From an uncultured virus (IMG/VR IMGVR_UViG_3300032167_000097) (Duplodnaviria > Heunggongvirae > Uroviricota > Caudoviricetes), in the IMG/VR virus record IMGVR_UViG_3300032167_000097: 64,000 nt of DNA; one strand, written 5' to 3'. The notes beneath the pieces were generated by a model. It saw nothing but the letters and a program-made list of their open reading frames with translations, made no database searches and was not told the origin of the DNA. The position numbers and the translations under genes are program-made. Every line of letters starts with the position of its first letter. The stretch's first letter is position 1. Below, one piece after another: positions 53,857-64,000 of this stretch.

Positions 53857-55537
53857 ATAATTTACCTACCTTTCAAACTTATTCCATAGAAAAATCTTAT
53901 TTTTTATAAAAATCTATTGTAAAAGTATCATACATTGAACTACATTTAATTAATTCAACAACTCTACTTAATCCATCAATAGATTTATAACTTCTATGCC
54001 CAATCATATAAAAATAACAATGAATATATCCAATATCATTTAAATAAATATCCTCTACTGGAATACCCCATCTATTAGGTACATAAAGTTTATATCCACC
54101 TATGGACTTAATTTCATATAAAAATTTATATAATTCTTCATTATTTTTACAAGATTTAATTACTTTCCTAAATAAATTTTTATCTTCTACATATTTATCT
54201 AATAAATCTCTATCCATTTTTACTCCTTTTCTATATTTTTAGGAATTTTACCAATTCCCTTTGTCCAATCTATTAAATCATCGATAGTATACCAACCAAA
54301 ATTATCTACATCCTGATGATAAGGGTTTAACCAAAAAATAAGTTCTTTTTTATTTTCGTCTTTCCATCTAGGAGATAAAGCCAAATATTTTTTATTTGCT
54401 TTTTCTAAAATTTTCTCAATTTTAGTTTTCTTAAATGCTTTTTGTAATGCAATATAATCTAAATCAGCGTTTTTAAGAGATTTAATTGTTTCTTTAGGTA
54501 ATCTTGACTTGATACAGAATTTAAGTCCACCATTTTTAAATAATTTAGATGGTGCAATTCCAACAGCAATATCTAACTTTAAAAATGCGTTATATAATTC
54601 TTCAAGTTCTGATTTATATTCGTCAGTAACTAAAATAGCAAAACTTTTCTCATCCCAAGCAGTAGCCATTCCATTTTCTTCTAACTTATATACCCAATAA
54701 GATAAAAAATCTTCTGTAATTTCCATATAATAATAAGGAGATAACATAAGTAACTTACAATTAAGATTTCCATATTTAATATCTTGATAGATTAAATTCT
54801 TTGGAACTGTAGTTATCATTCTTCCATCAATACCAATCTTATTTTTATCTACTTTAAAATCATATAAAATACCAGTAATTCCCCATTCGTGTTCAGCACA
54901 AAAATCAGAACCTAAATCAATTCCAACTACTTTATCATCAATTTTCATAAATTCAGCATTTTTTCCATATCTCATAAATAAATTTCTCCTATTATCAACA
55001 CAAATTTTTATTAGGTTAATACCTCACTTCTGACCAATATATTGACGAAAGTAATTCATCAACTTCTATTTGTAATTCTCCAGCATTTTCAGATATACCA
55101 CTTACAGCCTTTGTACCTCGTCTATCAATATTATAAGGTTCTGTTGTTACCTTAAAAACATCTCCATAATTCAGACCATATACACATTTAAAAGTTCTTC
55201 CAATCCAATTCATTTTATATTATCCCCTTTAATTGTTCTGTAATTTGATAAATTATTGCCATTCACGACCACATTGGTCGCAACCGTGTGCATAATAATA
55301 ACATTGATTTCCAGCACAATAATGTCCGTAATTGTATTCTTGATTCATACAAGCCATTTCTGACTTTTTTGGTTTTCCATTTTTATGATAGTAACCATTA
55401 TTTGTACGAAATTCTATTTCTTCTTCTGTTAAAGGATTTTCTTCTCCAATTCTATAACCACCATTTACCCAAATAATATTATATCTTTTCATAATATTTC
55501 CTTTCTTATTTAAATCAATTATCTTTAATATATACTT

Positions 55538-55615
55538 ATAATATCATATATTTTAAAATTTGTAAACAATTTTTATAAATAAAAAACACCAACCAATAAT
55601 GATTAGTGTTTTTAT
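55538..55615 (-). promoter_or_regulatory. Terminator hairpin followed by sigmaA promoter
   Basis: AAAAACAC...GTGTTTTT hairpin (~55582-55613), then TTTACA-N17-TATTAT. Confidence 0.6.
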
Positions 55616-57199
55616 TATTTTTAATTTAATAATATCTTTTCAAGTTCTCTTATTCTATCAAATTTTTCAGCAAATAATGTGGGTGTATTTAATATTTCCT
55701 TAATCTTTATTTGCTTTTCAAGTGCGTCAATTCCTATATTAAAAGCATCTATCTTTCTATTGTCACTTTCCCACGATTTTTCTTCCTTTAAAATTTTAAT
55801 AGCCTGTTGTTCATTCATATAAATTCTCCTATTCTTTAACTAAACTATTACTTAAATAATTATATCCCTCTTCATAGGTTAAAAAGTATTCAGTATGTAA
55901 ACCCTCTAATGGTAATTCAATATAATCGTCAAAAATATCTCTACAATTCCAATATACATTACCATTTGAAAATTCTATTTGCTCTCCGTCAACAGGATAT
56001 ATAGGGTGTATTACTGTTTCATCATATTCTTCTCCAATAATATACAGAACGCTAGGTGGATTAAAACTTAATTTTAATTCTTCGGCAGTATATCCTAATT
56101 CTTCATATTCAGCTAATTTACGAATAGCAACACCACTATGATGAGAGTCCATTTCACAAGGCTCTAGTTCGTGATTATTGTTTTCTCTGTCAATAAACCA
56201 TACCATATCACTTGTGTTTGATTTTCTTGTTAATCTCTTCATATTAAACTCCCTATTCATATTTATCTTTTAATCGTTGTAACTCTGCTAATTCACGCTC
56301 TTTTAATAGTTGTTCTTCTCTTAATTCTTTTTCTTTTTCTTTTCTTTCTCTTATCATTTTATACCAATCTTTATGCTTATCAGCATCTTCAAATAAGAAA
56401 TCAATAGGAAAATTACCACTTGTTGAGTCATACATATCATAATGACTATCATAGGCTGTAATATAAACAGTATCATCATCAAATTCTGTCTTATCTGATT
56501 CTAAAGTATCAAATTCAGCAGTTAAAAAACCAATTTCTCCAACAACATCATAAACTCTTTCCATTATTTTTTCATAATTTTTAAGCGTTTTTAACACTTC
56601 TTCTTTTGATAAATCAAACATATAAAAATCTCCTTTATGTAATATATTTTTTACTTTGTTACATTATTTCTTAATCGTTGACACTTTCTTCTCCAATTTC
56701 TATTAGATTTTTCAAGTTCTTTAATTCTCTTTTTTAATAATTCATTTTCATTATCAATGATACCATTTTGAAAAGCGTTCATAAGCATATCAATAGTTTC
56801 TCTTTCATATAAGCCACATAATGAATCTTCTTTATAAAAATCTAAATCAACATAAACTCTATTAAGACTTTCCTTAAACTTATTATTAATAAATTCGTCT
56901 TCATATTCCTTTGGTATTTCAATAGTAATTTTCATATAATTCACAGCACCTTTACATCATAATTTTGGTATTTATTCTTTATAGGTAATTCACATAAATA
57001 TTTCCGAGTTTTAAAACAATCATCACAAATTGTAATAGTAGTAATATTAGACTTTTCATAATAAACAATATTATCTCTTTCAACTTTAAAATTAATACGA
57101 ATTTTTCTGGCTTTTTTATTTTTATTATGACAATATTTACAAACACAATTAGCATCCCTACTAATTAAATTAAAATTTCTCATATTTATTAACACCCCC

Positions 57200-57592
57200 T
57201 TAATATCCATATCTAATTCTTTCATTTTGCATTTCGTCAATAGGTTCAACATCTTTTACCCAAATAACTGCTCCCTTTGGATGTTTATAATACCATATAT
57301 CTTCAATAGGTTCAACATCAGTTATTTCCCAAGCATAAGGTTTCTTATACCAATTTGTTAATTCTTCAAAAGTCATAGTAAGACAAGCCTTATCTTTATT
57401 GCTATCCCAATTCTGATAAGTTAATTCAGTTGAACTATTTATTTTACAAATAGCCCTAACTCTACTACTACCACTTTCTAATAAATATATAGATTGACCT
57501 ACTTTTTTAGTATCAGAACCCCTTATTTCTAAAGTTTTCTTACCACTTATAATAAGGTCTAACCATTCTTTTTTAATAATAAGTCCGTACAT
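57200..57592 (-). CDS. ASCH-domain protein
   Basis: LIIKKEWLDLIISGKKTLEIR, YAW, HPKGAVIWV. Confidence 0.85.
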   Translation of the reverse strand: MYGLIIKKEWLDLIISGKKTLEIRGSDTKKVGQSIYLLESGSSRVRAICKINSSTELTYQNWDSNKDKACLTMTFEELTNWYKKPYAWEITDVEPIEDIWYYKHPKGAVIWVKDVEPIDEMQNERIRYGY

Positions 57593-59141
57593 ATCTTTTT
57601 CCTTTCTTAATATGGAATTGTTCTACCAATAGGAACTACATAAACTGATACTCCACCTTGATTATTTCCAGTCCAATAACAAACATCAGTAACAAGATAT
57701 TGATGATATTCTTTTAAAATTTCCCCACTTTGATTAGTTTTACCCATATCATTAGGTTCAAGAATATCTATATGCTCTCCAATTCTAGGAATAGGAAAAT
57801 TATCTATTTTTATTTCAGTAATTTTAGCGTCACATCCGTCTTCATCAAAATAACCACCAGTACCACTTTTTACATAAACTTCAATTTCCATTATTATTTT
57901 ACCTTTCTATCTCTAACATAAATTTTTATAAGTGATTTGTTAATACAATTTTTCTAAACCTTAAATAATTTTTTTCAAAATGATTTGGATAATCTAATGG
58001 TGTAAATTCATTAGATTTAAGTTCAAATACACCGTCAACTATTTTACGAAAACTAAATCCTTTATTATTTGGATTTAAAATAATACATATATTTGCATCA
58101 TCTACAAAATGATAATTATAAGTATCATCAGTTCTATCTTTATTTCCACTTCTAGCTATTAGTTGCCAACCATAATTCTCTTTATATGGTTTAATAAAAT
58201 CATTTATTTCCTGTTCTGTCATATAATAAATATCCTTTCAATAATTTAATAATACGATTTAAATGGTTTACTAATTCTCTCTAACATTTCTATTTTTTCT
58301 TGTATAATATCATACTCTTTTTTCAAATTATCTAACCATTCATAATCTTCTGGGTATCTCCTAGTATTAGAATGATATAGTGTTTGATAAATATACTTTT
58401 TTCTGTGTTTTAAATTATGTAATTCTCTTATAATATTCTTTCTATAATTAACAAACATACCTATACTGAAAGGTTTGTTGAGTGTGTTACCCTCTGCTTG
58501 ATGCAGTTGAACCCCAACCTAGGGATTCAAATAGCCCTGAATATATTTTTATTTATTCATCATTACTGGATGAATAATGGTATTGCTAATGTCATTATTA
58601 CAATTCCTATCATAATATATAGACAATAATACATTAGCGTGAAAATAGTATCAGAGTTTCTTTTTATCTTGATTTTTCTATAAATAAACCCAGCAAGGAT
58701 AAATAGAAAACCTATTACAAAAATCACAATTCCTAGAATTATATTATTCATTGAATTATCTCCTTTATATATCTAACTTTTTTCGATTACCATAGCCCTG
58801 TTTATAATTTTACATCTTATATTTTATATATACACATAATAGCAATATAACCACTATTTAAATCACTTCCTTTAAATCTTATCTAAATTACCAAAAACAT
58901 CAATATAACATTCGTGAAATACAGTTTTCTTAACATCATTTTCATCAAATACATCAATCCACGCTGAAATTACTCTATCGTGTTCTCTCATATATTGAAT
59001 TTCTTTCTTTGCGTCTTCAATTCTTAAAAATCCTGTGGATTTAGAACATAACCAGGGCTTTGTATCTACATCTTCTTGAATAATAAGTGATACCCAAAAT
59101 AAACTCTTTTCCAATAAACTCTTTTCCATAATATCTCTCCT

Positions 59142-59294
59142 TTAATTAAGATATAAAATACACGCTAAATAACCATAATAATCTGAACCATTATGACTAA
59201 TGGTTACATTTACTACATCTTTATCTCGAATAAACTCATTTATGTTTTTTTCTAATTCTGATATAACATCTGCTCTTATCAATTCAACTTTCAT
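59142..59294 (-). CDS. Small Cse60/DUF2758-like protein
   Basis: Manual translation MKVELIRAD..SELEKNINEFI..KDVVNV...ACILY. Confidence 0.45.
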   Translation of the reverse strand: MKVELIRADVISELEKNINEFIRDKDVVNVTISHNGSDYYGYLACILYLN

Positions 59295-61037
59295 TTTATG
59301 TATATCCTTTTCTTGTTAAATTATATAAAACTACTGACAAAATTTATCAAGTAATATTTCTAATTCTTTTAATTCCTTTTCAGTTTTTAACCCATCTGAA
59401 ATTTTTTGCATTGCTAATTCAATAGGATTTGTTTCTGTTTCGTCAATCCAGTAATCACTACAAATTGTATTATATACATAATCCTTTCTATTGAATAGTG
59501 TTGGAATTTTTTCAATTTTTTCTTCAATTCTTGTGTAAAATAAATTCCAAGAATCATACCAAAAAGTTATTCTAAATTCCCTATTCTCAATAATTACTGT
59601 TTTTTCCCATTTATCCTTATTCATTCTTGTTTTCATTTTAGTTACCTCATTCTATAATACGAACTATATTTTCATTTTCAGAACTGTCACTTAATAAATC
59701 AATAATTGCTCTAAAATGTTTTCTAATTTCCGTACTATGATTTAATCTTGTTCCACCTTGACGAGTGGCTATTACTACATTATTATCATTATCATCTCTT
59801 ATATAAGTATTTATTACAATATCTCCATCTTCTTTTTGAATAATTGATAGTGTATTATGATTACTATAATCGCTACGAATAATTACACCCTTTGCCATAT
59901 ATAATCCTTTCTTATTCTGTATCAACTTCATTAAGTCCAATTATTTGTCTTTGTTATATTGTTTTTTACTTTCTTCATTGTCTTTTTGAATACCTTTCCA
60001 AAAATTCTCTTGCCCCTCTTTTGCAAGTTTTTCATTTGCACCACAAATACCACAAGCAATAGAACCTAATCTATCATAATCGAAACAAGATTTTCCATCA
60101 TCTAAAGGACATTTTTCATAACCATATTCCATAATTAAAATCCCCCATTTAATAAATAATCTTTTGCATACTCATTTCCAAATTTCTTATACATATATTC
60201 TCTATATATTTTAGTTACATCACCAGAATGATGATATACTTTCACATTAAAATCGTCTAATTCATAATCATCATCAATGATAACAGTTGCACTAGGATTT
60301 TCTTTTAAAATGTCTTCATCCCATTCAGGAATTTCAATATATCCAGAAAGACCAATAGAAATATCATCTTTTACGATTTTTAAATCATTGATTGTTGCAC
60401 CATCGTCAGTAAACAATATATATAACTCTTTTAATTCTTCTTCACTTAATTTATTTACCCATTTCATAATAAAGTTCTCCTTACTTTTTAATCTTCCATA
60501 TCATATATTGCTTTAATTAATTCATCAATTTTTACTGTATCTTTCATACAATATAAATTTGCCATTCTTGAACCTATATAATTATGAACTAAACCCATTT
60601 CTACTAATTTATTCATTTCATTAGGATATGATAATTCATATTCTCTTAATGAATAATCTCCATAGTGGTCATCTTTCTCTGTTCTCCTTATTTCTTCTAA
60701 ACAACATAATAATACTCCTAATTCAAATTCAACTCCGTCAACAGAAATGAATTTTGTAATTACAGGTTTTTCATATACATCAATTTTCATAATTTATAAT
60801 CCTTTCATTCCATAATGTTCTTCTGCTATATCAAAAGATACTAATGCGTCTTCAAGTTCTACCTTTGTATTACATAATGCAGGTAAATGTTCCTCACATT
60901 CTACAACTAGATTATATAAATTTTCAAGTTTCGCTCTAATCTCTCTCATTTTATTTTGATATTCTTCATTTAAAGCACATTTATTTAATCCTTTTGTCGG
61001 CATATCTTTTCTCCCTTTTCATTTAGTTTATGTATTT

Positions 61038-61114
61038 ATCATATCAAATTTTTAGGAATTTGTAAATAATTTTTTAAGCAAATAAGGAGAAATTATAAAA
61101 TAATTTCCCCTTAT
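61038..61114 (-). promoter_or_regulatory. Terminator hairpin followed by sigmaA promoter
   Basis: ATAAGGAGAAATTAT/ATAATTTCCCCTTAT hairpin, then TTTACA-N17-TATGAT. Confidence 0.6.
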
Positions 61115-61118
61115 AAAT

Positions 61119-61361
61119 TTACTTTATATACCAACTATCAGTTTCAAGAAATTCAATAGTTTCAAGTTTAGGATTAACCTTTTTAAGTTTATCTCTATAC
61201 TTATCAACTAATTCCCCACCCTTACCAATCATAAGACCAGGTTTATCAGTACAAATTTTAATAGTATCTTTAAAATCAGCAAAAGCACTTACCATAATAA
61301 TACTCTTAACTCCTGCCTCATTTTTCCATTCTTTGATTATATTTGAAATATCTTTTTTCAT
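61119..61361 (-). CDS. Stand-alone KH-domain protein (ribosomal protein S3-like KH motif)
   Basis: IKICTDKPGLMIGKGGELVDK. Confidence 0.65.
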   Translation of the reverse strand: MKKDISNIIKEWKNEAGVKSIIMVSAFADFKDTIKICTDKPGLMIGKGGELVDKYRDKLKKVNPKLETIEFLETDSWYIK

Positions 61362-63490
61362 TTATTTATCTCCTTATTCTAACTCAATAATCTTATATTC
61401 TTCAATTTCATCCTCATCAGCAAGTTTCATAAGTTGAATTTTAAACCAATCTAAAAACTCTTTTTCTGTTAAGGTTGTAATTTCCTCATAGTTACTTAAA
61501 AATATCTTCATCATATCCCCTTCGGAAATTACATAATCATACATCTTATTTGTTCTAATATGTACCTTATATTTAGTAAGAGTTAAGTCAATTTCAGTAA
61601 TATATTCACTACCATAATTACAAGTTGGACAACCACCATAACTGTAACTATCATCTTCATAATTAACTAACCCACCATCAACCATTTTAATTAACATTTT
61701 ATATCATCTCCTTATTATTCAAATAAATCTCTTAATTGTCTTAAATCATTTATTAACCAAGTACATACAGTTTTTGCGTCAGTATCTCCATTTGAACCGT
61801 CTTTAGCAACATCAATCATATTATCTAATTCGTGTCTAATTCTTTCAACTTCATCAAATGTGAGAATTGTTACATCTTTCATCATAATAACATCTCCTTA
61901 TTTTTCTTTCCAAAAAATTGTATTAAACCAATCATTAGGAAGTTCTTCATTTCCATTTTTAAAATCATCTTCTTTAGTTTCTAAAAAATCCAATATTGCA
62001 ACCATTAAATCTTCAATACTTGTAATTTCTTTATCTATTGTTTCTTCATTAGTTACATATTTATTTCCGTATATAATATTCATAAAATACCTACCTTTTG
62101 TTTAATTTATTTGCTTTATATTCTGCTTGTCTTTTAAATAAATAACATCTTTTTAGTCCGTTAATTCCGTACCATTTAAAACAACAATTTAAATGCCCTA
62201 ATAAACTATAAGGTAAAACTTTATATGTATAAGAATTATTATTAAAAATTTTATCTACTTTCCATAATGTCATATTTATTTCTCCCTATTTAGCACAAAA
62301 CATTAAAATTTCTTGTTCTGTTATTTCTGGAACAATTTCACTTATTGTACTAGCAAGATATGTATTATCGTCAAACTGTTCAATTAAATAGTTAATTGTA
62401 TTTTTTAATAAGTTGTATGTAAAATGGTTTTTCATTGGTTCAGGAAATTCAGTTCTCATATATTCCATAAATCCATTGTCATCAAACCATTTAGTTGTTT
62501 CATATACAAATCCATTGTCACAACTATTACTATTACATTCATAATAATGTTGACAATTAGCACAATCTTTCATATTTATGATTCCTTTCTATATAAGTCT
62601 TATTTCTCCTTACCAATTTCCGTCTGTTATTACTAAACAACCTAAATTATAATTACTACCGTTCTCATTATATCCAACACTATTATGATAAAAAGCTAAT
62701 GGAAAATAACCATCAGGACATTCAAGTAATAAAGGCTTATCAAAGTCAATATTTTCTTCCTTACAAAATCTAATTATGAATTTATCAACTTAATTTTTTA
62801 AACAATACAATTTTTCCAGTAACAATTCTGAAATAGTAAATTTCATTATTATATTCATAAGTTGCTATTTCAACATATATTGGTTCTTCAAATATATCAG
62901 AAGATAAACAAAATCCGTTATCTAAAATCTCTTTCATAAATGTTAGTTGTTCTTCTGTATATTCAAATATTTTCTTTGGGTTCATTTTATTTCTCTCCAA
63001 TTTCTTTATTTAAAATTGTGTTTCTATCGAGCCATTACTTGTGATACCTCTTCTACAGATTGCATAGCAGAACCAACCGTTATATACATCCAATCTAACT
63101 CATCAATGTCTTCTTGTGCTATACCATCGGTTTCACTTGCATTAACAATATCTGTATGTAATGCTTTTAAATTATCAAGTAAATTTTCAAACATTTGTAA
63201 TATTCCGTCATACTGTTCATAAATATTTTCCATACTTATTTCTCCAATCAAATCATTATTTATTTCTCTATGCTCTCAACTTTATGAATATCTTCTTTTC
63301 TATATTTTTTCAATTCCTCAAGATATTCAACAATTTGCTCATACTCTTTCTCCTTATAATAGTCCATACGATTCAGACTTTGCTTCGCCTTTTCTGCCTT
63401 TGTTTTATATTTATTTATAAGTCCATCAATAGTATATTGTTTCATATCTTTTTCTCCTTAATTTATTTCGTAACTGTTTTCTATGTATAT

Positions 63491-63589
63491 AATATAACAC
63501 ATTTTTATAAATTTGTCAATAAATTTTTTAAGCATATTAAATAATTTTTAATAAAAATAAGAGAGATTATATAAATAAATCTCCCTTAC
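63491..63589 (-). promoter_or_regulatory. Terminator hairpin followed by sigmaA promoter
   Basis: TAAGAGAGATT...AATCTCCCTTA hairpin, then TTGACA-N17-TATATT. Confidence 0.6.
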
Positions 63590-64000
63590 TTTTTCATTTC
63601 TTTTAATTTTTCATTTGCTTGTTCTTTTGTTAAAAAGATAGTTTTTCCAATATTTTTAATATCTTCTAATCTAAAAGATGTAGCACATACAATATAATAA
63701 ATTGAATCGTCATAATTAGCTCTCTGTGAAACAATTTTATATACAAAATCTCCCTCTTTACAAGGTAATTCTAGTAATAATCCATTTTCTGCCTTTTGTT
63801 CATAATATCCTAATTTTTGAACAATCTTATTTACTTTTTCAGTATCTAATGCAGGTTCTCCCCAATCAATATATTCTGTATCATAAATATCTGCAATAAA
63901 TATATTTTTTTCTTCATCAAATTCAGTTAATCTATTCATTATTACATCTCCCAACAAATTCACTAACAATATTGCATAATTCATTATAACAATCCGTACA

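Larger units (their letters stand above)
50935..63984 (-). other. AT-richer array of about 40 short hypothetical phage genes
   Basis: Tandem minus-strand ORFs organised by terminator+promoter units. Confidence 0.8.
1..64000 (-). mobile_element. Large SPbeta-like temperate phage/prophage region (early, replication and lysogeny modules; no structural genes in window)
   Basis: Dense co-oriented short ORFs, phage-type replication cluster (SSB-like, AAA, helicase, primase, RecJ, DnaE), nrdDG/thyX, tRNAs, homing endonucleases, integrase-fold repressor trio; no host housekeeping operons. Confidence 0.92.

Noticed and set aside
58462..58545. Third tRNA gene
   Set aside because: No acceptor stem or canonical D and T arms on either strand
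3395..63544. Other plus-strand ORFs in the track
   Set aside because: Antisense shadows of minus-strand genes with no motifs; only 36362..36994 is convincing

Overview
The window is a segment of a large temperate phage or prophage with SPbeta-like organisation; the host is probably Clostridia/Lachnospiraceae (inference). Nearly all genes are on the minus strand and no virion genes are present. Layout: 1-7.6 kb is an array of short accessory genes. 7.9-13.4 kb holds nucleotide metabolism (nrdG, nrdD, deoxyribosyltransferase, gmk, thyX), an HPr-like protein and a SleB-like hydrolase. 14-26 kb is the replication module (ERCC4 nuclease, dnaE broken by one in-frame TAA, free-standing LAGLIDADG, RecJ, primase, helicase, Sak4-like ATPase, SSB-like). 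26-28.6 kb carries an RNA ligase, two tRNAs and an HD remnant, followed by a methyl-accepting chemotaxis protein. 30.9-35.4 kb is an sro/MrpR-like repressor operon containing an intact tyrosine recombinase, next to a small gene under a LexA box. 37-50.5 kb holds further short-gene arrays. 50.7-64 kb is visibly more AT-rich and has a different regulatory pattern. The top finding is about 40 copies of an 18-bp dyad, A(T/C)(A/C)AAA-N6-TTT(T/G)(A/G)T, placed at gene junctions of the accessory arrays, each with a different 6-bp spacer. This suggests an integron-like single-gene cassette system in a phage. Other findings: a co-oriented 17-bp operator-like motif (21 copies), a tRNA-Gln with a long variable arm, a non-coding cassette with structured-RNA features, and a candidate type I toxin-antitoxin locus. 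All calls are by eye and no database searches were run.
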